A stretch of 64,000 bases of DNA from Candidatus Thorarchaeota archaeon (GCA_048884965.1 JBHLQH010000001.1:96001-160000); one strand, 5' to 3'; shown: positions 38,703-48,952, counted from the first letter of the stretch. Numbers and translations are program-made. The notes: generated from the sequence alone by a model not told the origin.

Positions 38703-39518
38703 TTATTCATAGTTCAGGATTCTCTTCATCTCACTGAAATCCATTTTCTGAGATTTCGACCGTAGTGTTTCGAAAACCCTCCTTAGCCATTTGATACCTT
38801 CAGTCGTTTCAAAGCACAGTGCTTGGTGAAAGTCAACTTGCGCATCCAATCCTGGAAGATACAGAAGACCCCCTTTGTCGCTCCCACCAATAGCCCATGA
38901 ACAGTCCTCAACGACGTAGATATTAGTCTTCAAAGGATTTGTGGCCTTCATGAATAGATCGCCTACATCTAGTTGGATGATATCCTTTACTCCACTTTTT
39001 GTGAACACGACATCAATAACAGCATTCCCGATATTCGGTTCCCATAGCTCGAAGAATGATTGCTCGAGCTTCATATTCATTGTACCACCGATGAACCCGA
39101 AAGATATGTCCTCAGTGAATGAATCCTTTGCCTTTGCTACAATTGAAAGAATATCCGTAAGCACAACATAGTCAAGTTGCCAGAACTCCTCTCTCAGCTG
39201 TCTATCCTCAATAGCCATCATGTGAGTTGAGAGGTAGCGATTCTTTGAAGATGATGATAGCGACTTACTAAATCGTATGAAACGCATTGTGTTCAATGTG
39301 GGAAGATACATACTATCTTGATGGGCAATCAGCTCGCTCTCAACGAGTTTTTTCAGATGATCCTCCAACGTTGATGGATGAATTTCTAATCCACTAGTGA
39401 TTTCACTGAAACGCATCCCTTTTTCATGGTCCGCTAGTAGCTGCATTACTCGAAGTCTTGTTTCTGATGCAGCTGATTTGAAGAGATTCTCACTCGTTGC
39501 GAAATCCATTGGATTCAC
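38703..39518 (-). CDS. ArsR-like winged-helix regulator with archaeal DUF1724-type C-terminal domain
   Basis: SETRLRVM.LL, RFSEI, STL..HLKKL; C-terminal W...VFE. Confidence 0.75.
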   Translation of the reverse strand: MNPMDFATSENLFKSAASETRLRVMQLLADHEKGMRFSEITSGLEIHPSTLEDHLKKLVESELIAHQDSMYLPTLNTMRFIRFSKSLSSSSKNRYLSTHMMAIEDRQLREEFWQLDYVVLTDILSIVAKAKDSFTEDISFGFIGGTMNMKLEQSFFELWEPNIGNAVIDVVFTKSGVKDIIQLDVGDLFMKATNPLKTNIYVVEDCSWAIGGSDKGGLLYLPGLDAQVDFHQALCFETTEGIKWLRRVFETLRSKSQKMDFSEMKRILNYE

Positions 39519-39573
39519 CCAGTTATTCTGAGTTATCTAAATCAATAGGGATGATAAACTCTCGGGATAGCAT

Positions 39574-40035
39574 CTACTCGTCATCTTGCAGCTCTAGCTC
39601 AGAGAACATCTGCTCAAGTTCTTCAGCCTTAGCCTCAGCTTCAGCAGCTTCCTCTTCCCTATGCAAGAATGAAAGAACACTGGCGAGTATCGACCAAGTG
39701 CTTGGGTCCTCTGGGTCAAGCTTAATGGCGTGTTTGAGAGCTTCAACAGCTTCCTCATACCGCTCTAGACTCGTAAGGGCATCCGCCCAGAATACATAGA
39801 TATCCGGATCTTCAGTATCCATCTCTGACAATCGGGAGAAGATTGATTCTGCTTCTTTGTAATCCCCCTTCTCAATTAGAACAATTCCAAGATTCAATAG
39901 GGCATTCTCATTTGCCTGATCAAGCTCAAGTGCATCTCGAAGGACCTTCTCTGCTTCCTCGTACTCCTCTTGAACAAGATGATCCATCGCGATATCGACA
40001 AGTTTCTCTGCTTCTTTGGAATTATCTGGCAACAT
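39574..40035 (-). CDS. Acidic TPR protein
   Basis: ALLNLG and EEAVEALKHAIKLDP. Confidence 0.85.
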   Translation of the reverse strand: MLPDNSKEAEKLVDIAMDHLVQEEYEEAEKVLRDALELDQANENALLNLGIVLIEKGDYKEAESIFSRLSEMDTEDPDIYVFWADALTSLERYEEAVEALKHAIKLDPEDPSTWSILASVLSFLHREEEAAEAEAKAEELEQMFSELELQDDE

Positions 40036-40166
40036 GCATCACTCCGAACGCCGGAGCCAACTGTATCCCTTATTGAAGTTGTCTACATGGATATGGACCT
40101 CTATTTGAAGGATCTTTAACCATCTTTTTTGAACAAGGACCTATCGATTCAGATTCGATCCCAAAC

Positions 40167-40730
40167 CTAAACTCCAACATATCCTCTTGCCGTTCTTGCC
40201 AACCCATTTGCTCCAACTACCAATGCAAGGAAAAGGACAGCTGTGCTAACGTCTACGGCTGGGTTCAAATCGATATATACAGCTACTACTGCTGAGAGTA
40301 TTCCTACGATGAACTGCAACATCCTAAGTTTTCTATCCACATCCTTTTCTAGAATTCCAATGAGAATTCGGGCAATCGCATTGATCAGCCATGCAAAAGC
40401 AATCAGACGTATTTGAAGAGCATCTGCCATCCCTGTTGTGAGGATCAAAGCTGCAACGATAATTATCACCGAAGCTCCCGAAATAAGATTGACAATCCTT
40501 CTTGGCGTACCTTTTGCCTTCACTGCTGCTGCTCTCGCGACCCTGGCAAAACCAACAGCTGCTAATGCTGCAGAAAGAACGAAGATGAGTATTAATGATG
40601 ATAGACTATTACCAATGACGAATAGGATTGCGGCTATAATGGAAATGATACCTACAATCACATCTACTGCTCTTATCCAATTCGGAAAATCCGAATCACT
40701 CATATCTTGACTCATCGAAATATCTCCCAT
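40167..40730 (-). CDS. HdeD/DUF308-like membrane protein
   Basis: Six TM segments with duplicated IVGI.S.I.A pattern. The start may be 40712 or 40703. Confidence 0.65.
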   Translation of the reverse strand: MGDISMSQDMSDSDFPNWIRAVDVIVGIISIIAAILFVIGNSLSSLILIFVLSAALAAVGFARVARAAAVKAKGTPRRIVNLISGASVIIIVAALILTTGMADALQIRLIAFAWLINAIARILIGILEKDVDRKLRMLQFIVGILSAVVAVYIDLNPAVDVSTAVLFLALVVGANGLARTARGYVGV

Positions 40731-40871
40731 TTGCTTGACAAATCTCCATCAAACAATAGGGATAGACGCTGTAAAATCTCTTTTGACCTAGCCAAATATG
40801 TATTTCACGCACTGGCAAAAAACCAAGAATTGATTAACTCAAATAATCATTCAAAGTATAGGGTATCGCAA

Positions 40872-41390
40872 TTGGAAGAAATCAATGAAGTACTCAAAAG
40901 AGCGAGCGATCTTAGAGTCGCCAAGCGTTTTGAGGAAGCTCTTCGACTTCTGAAATCAGTACTTCAACAAGATGAGAACGAGTGGAAGGTCTGCACTGAG
41001 CTAGGTCACCTTTGTATCGATAAGGGTGAATACAAGAAGGCTACGACTATGTTCGAGCGAGCAGTGATTTTGAAACCAGACATGGCTGGTTTGTGGAGCA
41101 ATCTCGGATATGCAAAGAAAACGAATGGTGATTTGGATGGCGCAATACATGATACCCGAAAGGCCAAGTCATTAGCCAAGGACTCGTTTGAATTGCATGG
41201 CGCGATGTACAATCTCTCATGCTATCTAGCACTGTCTGGAAAAACAGAATCAGCTATGGAGTATCTTGCAAAAGCATGCAAAGGTGAACCATCTCTCAAA
41301 GAATGGGCACGAACAGATTCCGATCTGGCCTCTCTGAGAAGCGACCCTCGTTTCGACGAGATTCTCGAATACTCCCCTGAATCTACATAG
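40872..41390 (+). CDS. TPR protein with C-terminal YNLSC...DxDL.SLR.DPRF cap
   Basis: TPR units. The start was moved from 40707 to the in-frame TTG 40872 to avoid overlap. Confidence 0.75.
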   Translation: MEEINEVLKRASDLRVAKRFEEALRLLKSVLQQDENEWKVCTELGHLCIDKGEYKKATTMFERAVILKPDMAGLWSNLGYAKKTNGDLDGAIHDTRKAKSLAKDSFELHGAMYNLSCYLALSGKTESAMEYLAKACKGEPSLKEWARTDSDLASLRSDPRFDEILEYSPEST

Positions 41391-41435
41391 TATACTAACA
41401 CCATTCATTCAAATTACTCTGGATTCTGTACGCAC

Positions 41436-42077
41436 TTGATAGAGATGCCAAGCAGAGACTGGGAATATTTTATGGACAATTTCTTTGGAAATCCATACAT
41501 GATGTGGCATGATGGGATCAATCCTGCTGCTGCCAAGTACCTGAAAGGCGAGGAGCGCGAAAAAGGTATTGATATGCTGATCGAGTCTATGGACGAGGGG
41601 AGCTATTGGGCTCCCATGGGATTACGCGAGATGAATGCCGAACGTGCAATTCCTGCGCTCAAGGAACGCCTTCCAAATTCCTATAACCGTCAAACAATCG
41701 AGATTGCTCATGCATTAAACGTACTTGAATCTACGAATGAATATGTCCCGATAATCATCCGCACATTAAGAGAGGCTCCATTTTGGTCCTCTAGAATGGA
41801 TGCTGCAATATTGCTTCGTCAATACAATCTACCTGATGTGGTCGAAGCCCTGTATGACTCAATGCTTGATCCCGACTATCTCGTGAGGAATCATTCATCT
41901 GAATCCCTATTGCACATACACGGATTAGAGGCTTCGATATCGCAGCATAAGGAGATATTTGCAGAGATGATAGTTGAGTTCGATTCCAAGAACCGAGCAA
42001 GTAGCGCTGAGGCTAGGAAGCATTATGCACGGTCTGTTGAACTCCTGAAGGAGTTGATTGCAGCTGAAGGGAAATAG
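41436..42077 (+). CDS. HEAT-repeat protein
   Basis: AIPALKERL, RMDAA..L, L.DPDYLVR. Confidence 0.75.
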   Translation: MIEMPSRDWEYFMDNFFGNPYMMWHDGINPAAAKYLKGEEREKGIDMLIESMDEGSYWAPMGLREMNAERAIPALKERLPNSYNRQTIEIAHALNVLESTNEYVPIIIRTLREAPFWSSRMDAAILLRQYNLPDVVEALYDSMLDPDYLVRNHSSESLLHIHGLEASISQHKEIFAEMIVEFDSKNRASSAEARKHYARSVELLKELIAAEGK

Positions 42078-42081
42078 GGAC

Positions 42082-43956
42082 TCATCGTTTCTTCAACCAT
42101 TTCCGTCCATACCAAAGCATTCCGGTAAGTACGAAGACGCCGATTGAAAGTCCCATCGGTATCACTGTGAGCATTGGTCCGTCGAACACCAATGGGTCGT
42201 TTCCTGAGCGGTATTCATAGAGATTCTCCATGGTGTCTCCATCAGGATCCTCAAAGGCATCATCTCGTAAAGGATCGAGCCCATGAGATACTTCCCATCC
42301 ATCCAACATGAGGTCAGAATCCGAGTCGGGATTGAAGAGGTCTGTACCAGCAAGATACTCACCGAGATTGTTCAGCCCATCGAAATCCGGGTCTTTGTTT
42401 CCATCCTTAACTAAGGGGTTGAGACCGACCTGAATCTCAAACGCATCATCGATGCCGTCATCATCAGTGTCTGCTTTATTGAAAGCGGTTCCATAGATGT
42501 ACAATTCATCATAGTCCGAGAGGGAATCATTATCCTGATCCGAGTTATGGGGGTCAGAACCGATTTCTTCCTCCTCAGCATCACTGATACCATCATTGTC
42601 TGAATCGACCTGAAACGAGTTGTACCACCAATGCTCACTGTCAGGCTCGCTATCACCATCAATGTCAGTCTCGTATTCCATCTCAACATCAAAGTCGATT
42701 AAGCCTGAACCAGTATTCGTGATGACGATTTCATAGGTGCCCTTCATACCGGTATCCACAGGCATTCGTCCCGGTAATCCGCCTGCAACATTCACCTCAC
42801 GTGATGATACCTGTTGACCTGTGGGGTCTATCAATCTCACCTGAAACGCTACAGCGCTCCCTGATGTGAAGGTCAAATCTAACTCTGTTGCCATGCTCAT
42901 CTCAACGAAGAGGGTTCGGGAGGATGATGTTCCAAGGTTCTCAATCTCATGTTTCTCATGAAATAGCTGATTTTGTTCTCTACTCAAGGCGAAGGCAATA
43001 CTTGCTCCGATACTTGCTGTTGCCTTAGTCGCGAAGTAGTAGTTGTATAGAGGATTCGACCATTTATCATTCTCAGTGTGATAGGCAGAATCCAACCTCC
43101 CCCCTGTTTCGTGGGCAAATATGTTACTCCTGTATCCTACTCGCTCAAACGATGCATGATCCGAGTAGCCCCAAGCAGTTGTCTGACTGGATGGTATCGG
43201 ATTTGTAACTGCTGTGTCATAGTTGTTACCAACAACTCTGGTCATCTCCGCCCAGTACTGAGCGTCATGGAATCCTGCGCCTCTCTCAGCTGCATAGAGC
43301 ATACTGATTTTCTGAGCTACTGGAAGTGATGAATCTACTACTAAGAGCATGTCGATGTTATAGTGAATCAGAATATCTATCTCATCAGTGTAGAACTGAT
43401 TAGCAATTTCGAATGAACCATGGAGGCCACCCTCCTCTGCATTCCAGAAGCAGAAGTAGATATCCAGTGGCCAGCTATACATTGAAAGGACCCGCGCGAG
43501 CTCCAAAGTTGTTGCTACACCCGAGCCATCATCATTCGCTCCAGGGGCGACATCGATGGTATCGAAATGACCACCTATCATGACTGCAGGTCCCGTGCTG
43601 CCCATACTTCCTGGGAGCTTCCCTATTACATTATCATAGCTTCCCCGCACCTGACCGACTATCCTCCCGTTTGTAAGATTCTGGAGCCTATCCAATATCC
43701 AATCGATGGTTTCATCATTTTCGGGCGTGCCATAGAGCTTAGGACCAATCTCTGAGAACTCCCTAACCAAGCTTTCATAGGATGACTGGGAAACGCGATT
43801 GTAGACTTCCTGTGCTCTATCTGAGGCGTATGAAATCGAAGAGGTCTCAATTGATCCGCCTAGATCATAAGCAACATAGGTAGTACCACCACCACTAAGT
43901 GGGAATACGAGTAGTGAAGAAAGAATAAGAACCAAAACATATCGTGGTGCTATCAT
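42082..43956 (-). CDS. M28 family metallopeptidase with Ca-binding DxDxDG (TSP3-like) repeats and C-terminal TM anchor
   Basis: GGHFD, GANDDGSG, AEE.GL.GS, NIDM, SDH, YHT.ND; DSDNDG/DTDDDG repeats. Confidence 0.9.
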   Translation of the reverse strand: MIAPRYVLVLILSSLLVFPLSGGGTTYVAYDLGGSIETSSISYASDRAQEVYNRVSQSSYESLVREFSEIGPKLYGTPENDETIDWILDRLQNLTNGRIVGQVRGSYDNVIGKLPGSMGSTGPAVMIGGHFDTIDVAPGANDDGSGVATTLELARVLSMYSWPLDIYFCFWNAEEGGLHGSFEIANQFYTDEIDILIHYNIDMLLVVDSSLPVAQKISMLYAAERGAGFHDAQYWAEMTRVVGNNYDTAVTNPIPSSQTTAWGYSDHASFERVGYRSNIFAHETGGRLDSAYHTENDKWSNPLYNYYFATKATASIGASIAFALSREQNQLFHEKHEIENLGTSSSRTLFVEMSMATELDLTFTSGSAVAFQVRLIDPTGQQVSSREVNVAGGLPGRMPVDTGMKGTYEIVITNTGSGLIDFDVEMEYETDIDGDSEPDSEHWWYNSFQVDSDNDGISDAEEEEIGSDPHNSDQDNDSLSDYDELYIYGTAFNKADTDDDGIDDAFEIQVGLNPLVKDGNKDPDFDGLNNLGEYLAGTDLFNPDSDSDLMLDGWEVSHGLDPLRDDAFEDPDGDTMENLYEYRSGNDPLVFDGPMLTVIPMGLSIGVFVLTGMLWYGRKWLKKR

Positions 43957-43982
43957 TGAGGAGTCTCCAGGGGTTAAACAGT

Positions 43983-43996
43983 AGACAGTACTGTCT
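43983..43996. promoter_or_regulatory. Perfect 14-bp palindrome, candidate operator
   Basis: AGACAGTACTGTCT in the divergent M28/nadE intergenic region. Confidence 0.5.
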
Positions 43997-44017
43997 CACA
44001 ATCACAAAAAAAGGAAC

Positions 44018-44139
44018 TGGACTCAGCAAAAAGGATGTCGGCGAACTCTGCCCCGCCTCTTCTACTAAGGCAGGCGTTGCCTTCTTCACTGGCAACAAAA
44101 GACATTACTAGCTTCTGTTGGCTTAGGCTGGTGAGTCCA
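44018..44139 (+). ncRNA. Candidate structured cis-regulatory RNA in the nadE leader
   Basis: Nested stems TGGACTCA/TGAGTCCA, ATGTC/GACAT, GCCT/AGGC and GTTGCC/GGCAAC. The outer stem covers the GGTGAG RBS. Strand is uncertain. Confidence 0.4.
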
Positions 44140-44141
44140 CA

Positions 44142-45812
44142 ATGAAGATAGCCATGGTTCAATTAAATCCTATCGTCGGTGATATCGAAGGGAACTTCTC
44201 GAAGATTCTTCAAGGTATCCAATCATGTCGTGATGTGGGTGCAGATATTGTGACATTCCCTGAGATGATCATAACGGGATATCCTCCACAAGATCTCCTC
44301 TATGAGCAATCTTTCCTTCACCTGAACAAGACCAAAGCTCTTTCCTTGGCTACGCATTCGAATGGTATTGTCTTGGTGGTAGGTTTCGTGGACTTTGATG
44401 AGCATGGGGACCTCTATAATTCAGCCGCAGTCTTTCAGGATGGCGTGTTGCTACGAGTTATTCACAAGACCCTGTTACCAACCTATGACGTGTTTGATGA
44501 AGAAAGATATTTTGAACCTGGTCCGATTGATGATATTTACCCCGTACGTACCATTATCCGTGGAAGAACAATTAATCTTGGCATCGAGATATGTGAGGAC
44601 CTCTGGGATCATGATTATGATATCAAAGTGACCAAAATCCTATGCACAAGGGGAGCTAACGCCATCATCAATATCTCATCCTCTCCCTTTCATATTGGGA
44701 AACGATTCGAGCGTCAAGAGCTGATAGTAGAGAAAGCAAAAGAGAACAAGGTTCCTGTGATGCTTGTGAATGTTGTTGGAGGTCAGGATGAACTAGTCTT
44801 CGATGGCCAAAGTATAGCCGTGGATGCAGAAGGTCAGATAATCGCTATTGGTCCACAATTCAATGAAGATATTATAATGGTTGAATTCGATGACGCGACC
44901 GGAGTGGGAACATCCATCAGTCTGCCTGAGTACAGCAAAGAAACTGAGATGTATAACGCATTGGTCTTGGGCATTCGAGATTATTTCAGAAAGACTGGTT
45001 TCAAGAGAGCTGTACTGGGCCTGAGTGGAGGCATTGATTCCGCCCTTACTGCTTGTATTGCAACTGATGCATTAGGGCCTGAGAATGTGATCGGAGTATC
45101 TATGCCTTCTAGATTCTCTAGTGACCATAGCAAGAGCGACGCAGAAGAACTTGCGAAGAATCTAGGCATCAAGTACCTACAAGTTGCGATTCAAGATGTT
45201 GTAGATGCATATCACGAGTCTCTTACTGCACCTCTTGAAGAACTCCGAGCACATTTTGGTATTGATGTCGCTCAAGACGACCCCGTGGCTGATGAGAACA
45301 TTCAGCCTCGGGTCAGAGGAAACATCCTCATGGATTTCTCAAATAGACTAAGAGACCTCCATATTCTTGTCCTGAACACTGGGAATAAGACAGAGCTTGC
45401 ACTTGGTTATTGCACACTCTACGGTGACATGACTGGAGGTGTCGGTGTAATAGGCGATGTAAGCAAGCTAGAAGTCTACAAGCTCTCAGAGTATGTCAAT
45501 AGGAAAGCAGGTCGAACTATTATTCCAGTAGGTTCACTTACGAAGAAACCCTCTGCTGAGCTCAAACATGACCAATATGATCCGTTTGACTTTGATATTG
45601 TGAGTCCTATGGTGGATGAGATTGTTGAACACAGGAAAGGGAAACAGGAACTTCTAGATATGGGGTATCCTCGCGAAATAGTTGAGGATGTCTATCGCCG
45701 TGTAAGGTTGGCGGAATACAAGAGATGGCAAGCACCACCTTGCATCCGCATTACTCGAAAATCCTTCGGTATTGGATGGAAGATGCCTATTGTCAATCAT
45801 TTCAGAGAATAG
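44142..45812 (+). CDS. nadE: Glutamine-dependent NAD+ synthetase
   Basis: Nitrilase domain (FPEM, K.LLP.YDVFDE.RYF, ICEDLW) plus GLSGGIDS, ENIQ.R.RG, TGNKTE..GY.TLYGD. Confidence 0.95.
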   Translation: MKIAMVQLNPIVGDIEGNFSKILQGIQSCRDVGADIVTFPEMIITGYPPQDLLYEQSFLHLNKTKALSLATHSNGIVLVVGFVDFDEHGDLYNSAAVFQDGVLLRVIHKTLLPTYDVFDEERYFEPGPIDDIYPVRTIIRGRTINLGIEICEDLWDHDYDIKVTKILCTRGANAIINISSSPFHIGKRFERQELIVEKAKENKVPVMLVNVVGGQDELVFDGQSIAVDAEGQIIAIGPQFNEDIIMVEFDDATGVGTSISLPEYSKETEMYNALVLGIRDYFRKTGFKRAVLGLSGGIDSALTACIATDALGPENVIGVSMPSRFSSDHSKSDAEELAKNLGIKYLQVAIQDVVDAYHESLTAPLEELRAHFGIDVAQDDPVADENIQPRVRGNILMDFSNRLRDLHILVLNTGNKTELALGYCTLYGDMTGGVGVIGDVSKLEVYKLSEYVNRKAGRTIIPVGSLTKKPSAELKHDQYDPFDFDIVSPMVDEIVEHRKGKQELLDMGYPREIVEDVYRRVRLAEYKRWQAPPCIRITRKSFGIGWKMPIVNHFRE

Positions 45813-45814
45813 GT

Positions 45815-46501
45815 CTATGCGCCAAGTATTAGCCTCTCAATGATGAAGTAGAAGAAGCTGGCATTTCCAATATACATGACCATTATGATGAATGCCATTA
45901 CAAGTCTATGTAGGATGGCCATCTTTCTAGTCATTAAATAGCCTATGTATGTTGATAGCCCTAATATCAATTCAGGAATGATGATGTAGATTGCAACATT
46001 TCCAATCATGAGGACATCATGTGCGTACCATGACCCAAGCATCCAAAGAGTCGCTTCAGAACCTCCAAACAGCAAAAGAGACATGATCAATATCGAGACG
46101 GTGGTCATCGGAACACCTTTCTCTCTTACAAGAAGTCCTGTGTAAACAATTAGAAACAATGGAATGACCCATAATCCAGCCATATAGATTGGTACTGCAC
46201 CAATCATTGGGAACCCATCTACTGGAAAAGATAGGACCTCAAGTTGTGAAGCGAGGAACCAATCGGGAAAGATCATCAAAACACTGATTGGGAAAACAAA
46301 TGTCCAGACCTCTAGCCATTCTTTGTGATCCCTAACCTGTGCCCAGAGAGGCAATAGGATGTTGTAGAGAATGACTACAATTAGTAATCTTGCACCAATG
46401 GCAACATCTTGAAAGATTGCAAGAACAAGAGCTGTTGGTATTGCGAATACAATGTTCATCAGAATAAGATCCAGAATCGGTTTTTCTTTGAATCTCTCCA
46501 T
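45815..46501 (-). CDS. Conserved multi-pass membrane protein
   Basis: FPDWFL..L.VL.FP.DG, YMAGLW.IP, PE..LG. Confidence 0.7.
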   Translation of the reverse strand: MERFKEKPILDLILMNIVFAIPTALVLAIFQDVAIGARLLIVVILYNILLPLWAQVRDHKEWLEVWTFVFPISVLMIFPDWFLASQLEVLSFPVDGFPMIGAVPIYMAGLWVIPLFLIVYTGLLVREKGVPMTTVSILIMSLLLFGGSEATLWMLGSWYAHDVLMIGNVAIYIIIPELILGLSTYIGYLMTRKMAILHRLVMAFIIMVMYIGNASFFYFIIERLILGA

Positions 46502-46556
46502 AATTCACACCTAGCGATATGGGATTGCAGCGAGGCTAAAGGTTCTTTCTGATTCT

Positions 46557-47876
46557 CTATTCCAACGTGATCCAGTCCTTTTGGAGTTGAAGCATTTCAT
46601 CAAGAAATGCATCAATTTGGTCCTTTCTTGGGAAATTAGCGTCTCTTTGAAGTGCTTGTACTGCGAAGTCTCTTGACTTGTGGAGTATTGCATTGACGAC
46701 CAAGTCTTGTACGCCAATCTCTTCTCTTAGTAAATCCACAAGAGGTTCAGGGTAATCTCCAAGTGGAATACCTTGCACTCCTGATTGATCTACGATAGCT
46801 GGACACTCAATAACAGAATCTTCAGGAAGGTTGGCGATTATACCATTATTCGGAAGATTTACAGACATCTCCTGATGCCCACTATTTGATAGAATCCCCT
46901 CAATGATTGGAATTGCCCGTTCATGGTCTGGTTTCACTAGCTTATGTCCTTTCTTTCTCCTGATATTGTAACGAATCTGCCATCCTCTGTATCTTAGACC
47001 TGTTCGATAGAGAAAGTAAAAATTCTTGATACCTCGCATGTTGACCTTATCCTTTGCCCAACCTATGTATTCTCCATAGTGAGAGTCATTGGTATAAGGC
47101 ACATATCCATAGTTCTCAAGGATGTAAAGCGTTAGATCGACAGGATGCAGCAATCTTGAGGCAAAGCTCCATCTCCATCTTTTTAGGAATTTGGCACCTT
47201 TCTCTCTAATCTCGGGGATCAAATCTTCATTGGTTTCCCTATGCTTTGCCTTGATTATGGCTCCCATATGATTCAATCCACCGCACCACAGATCCACTTC
47301 TTCTATTGCTAATTTCAAAACCCTTGGTAGCATATAATCTACTGCTGCAATCTCATGACACAGACCTATTGTCTTTAGATCAGGGTATTTTCTTTTAATC
47401 GCCAAGCAAATTCTAGACATGGGATTGGAATAATTGATGAGTGTGGCATTAGGACAGATTCTCTTGATGTCTTCACAAATATCTAGGATTGGAGGCACCA
47501 CTCGCAATGAATGAAACATCCCGCCTGGACCTCCGTTCTCACCAAAGACCTGAGTGCTACCATATTTCCATGGTATTTTCTTGTCTAGATTCCACCAGTA
47601 GAACCTTGGACCAACTTCGATGGAATTGATGATGAAGTCCGCATCAATCAAAGATTCTTCTCGATTTGTTGAAGCATCCAGTGTAAACTCTAGATTCTCT
47701 ATGTCAATCTTTGATTGACATGCTTCTCTTGCTAAGTTCAAGTTCTCCTCATTTATATCATGAAGGCTAACGTGGGCGCCTGCTAGAATTTTGGAATCGA
47801 AGATGCTTCCACAAGTTCCGAGACCGAAGTTCAGACTACCTGCACCGATTAGAACTATCTTTACTGATGACATCAA
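46557..47876 (-). CDS. Glycoside hydrolase family 4 (NAD+-dependent alpha-galactosidase/glucosidase)
   Basis: IGAGS, GE.GGPGG, NYSNP, GLCHE, GLNH. Confidence 0.9.
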   Translation of the reverse strand: MMSSVKIVLIGAGSLNFGLGTCGSIFDSKILAGAHVSLHDINEENLNLAREACQSKIDIENLEFTLDASTNREESLIDADFIINSIEVGPRFYWWNLDKKIPWKYGSTQVFGENGGPGGMFHSLRVVPPILDICEDIKRICPNATLINYSNPMSRICLAIKRKYPDLKTIGLCHEIAAVDYMLPRVLKLAIEEVDLWCGGLNHMGAIIKAKHRETNEDLIPEIREKGAKFLKRWRWSFASRLLHPVDLTLYILENYGYVPYTNDSHYGEYIGWAKDKVNMRGIKNFYFLYRTGLRYRGWQIRYNIRRKKGHKLVKPDHERAIPIIEGILSNSGHQEMSVNLPNNGIIANLPEDSVIECPAIVDQSGVQGIPLGDYPEPLVDLLREEIGVQDLVVNAILHKSRDFAVQALQRDANFPRKDQIDAFLDEMLQLQKDWITLE

Positions 47877-48008
47877 ATTACTCCTTTTCTGAGGTTATCA
47901 GCAGTGCAAGTTGAACCGTAATAAAAGAGTGATGTTTGTCAAACGGAAAGACAGCAGAAACTTATAACCTCTCACGACGAGGCTCCCACAATTGTTGAGG
48001 TATTAACA

Positions 48009-48890
48009 ATGTCAGAAAGGTTAGGTCAGCTTGATTTGGTGTTTGTTGTTGATAACACTGGATCAATGGGACCATACATCGAACAAACAAAGTCGAAGAT
48101 CCTTGAGATTATACGTACTATCAAGAAGGAAGAACTTTGTCATAGATTAAGAATTGGTCTGGTAGCATACCGCGATCATCCACCGGAGGAGACCAGTTGG
48201 GTTACACAGAAGTTTGAGTTGACCTCCGATACTCACAAGATTGAGGAAAACGTAAAGCAAATGGAAGCATCTGGTGGCGGTGACGGGCCAGAGGCAGTAT
48301 CAACAGCAATGCACGTCACTAATAGAATGGAATTCTTGCGGGATGCTGCAAAGGTCGTTGTACTTGTAGCTGATGCTCCACCTCATGGTGTTGAAGCGAA
48401 TGATCGATGGCCAAAAGGCACTCCCGATGGCGCAAAATGGGACAAAGAGACGAAAGTAGCCTACGAAAAAGGAATCGTCTATCATACTGTTGGATGCTAT
48501 CCTGAGATTGCAGGTTACGAGCATGCTGCAGAAACCTTCCAGAAGATTTCGAAGGACACAGAAGGGATTTTCTTCCCCTTAACTAAAGCTGAAGAACTTG
48601 TAAGACTCATTACAGGTGTAGCGACGGAAGAAATCGATAAGCTTGCTATTCAGAAGGAGATTCTAGAAGAACTTGGAGTAGGCATGGACGAATTCTCAGA
48701 TGAAGAACTAACAGAGGAGAAGGTTCAATCTCTCTTCAGCAGCATCAAATCAAAGGGAATGACAAAAAGAGCTTATAGAGCTGCTCCATCGAGTGCTCCA
48801 TCAAAAGCTGAATACTCTGTGAAGGAAGAGGAAGTCAGTGAGGACGATGTGAGAGAGGCTCTTCGGCAGTTGCGAAAGAAATCAAAGTGA
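48009..48890 (+). CDS. von Willebrand factor A domain protein
   Basis: DLVFVVDNTGSM (MIDAS), YRDHPP, GGGDGPEA, DAPPHG. Confidence 0.9.
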   Translation: MSERLGQLDLVFVVDNTGSMGPYIEQTKSKILEIIRTIKKEELCHRLRIGLVAYRDHPPEETSWVTQKFELTSDTHKIEENVKQMEASGGGDGPEAVSTAMHVTNRMEFLRDAAKVVVLVADAPPHGVEANDRWPKGTPDGAKWDKETKVAYEKGIVYHTVGCYPEIAGYEHAAETFQKISKDTEGIFFPLTKAEELVRLITGVATEEIDKLAIQKEILEELGVGMDEFSDEELTEEKVQSLFSSIKSKGMTKRAYRAAPSSAPSKAEYSVKEEEVSEDDVREALRQLRKKSK

Positions 48891-48898
48891 TCAATGAA

Positions 48899-48932
48899 GG
48901 CTATAGATTGAGATTTATAGCCCTCCTTTTTT
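48899..48932 (+). terminator. Terminator hairpin
   Basis: GGCTATAGA...TTTATAGCC followed by TTTTTT. Confidence 0.6.
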
Positions 48933-48952
48933 ACACGAGATGAAACGAATTG

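Noticed and set aside
40707-40871. N-terminal extension of the TPR ORF in the ORF track
   Set aside because: It overlaps the divergent gene start and intergenic promoter; a downstream TTG is more plausible.
44020-44058. Fluoride riboswitch resemblance on the minus strand (GGCG...GAGTTCGCC)
   Set aside because: It lacks the GGCGAUGG and CUxAUGAC consensus, and no fluoride-related gene is adjacent.
43895-44162. Short minus-strand ORFs (67 and 62 aa)
   Set aside because: They overlap neighbouring gene starts and have no recognisable features; the region is better explained by RNA or DNA structure.
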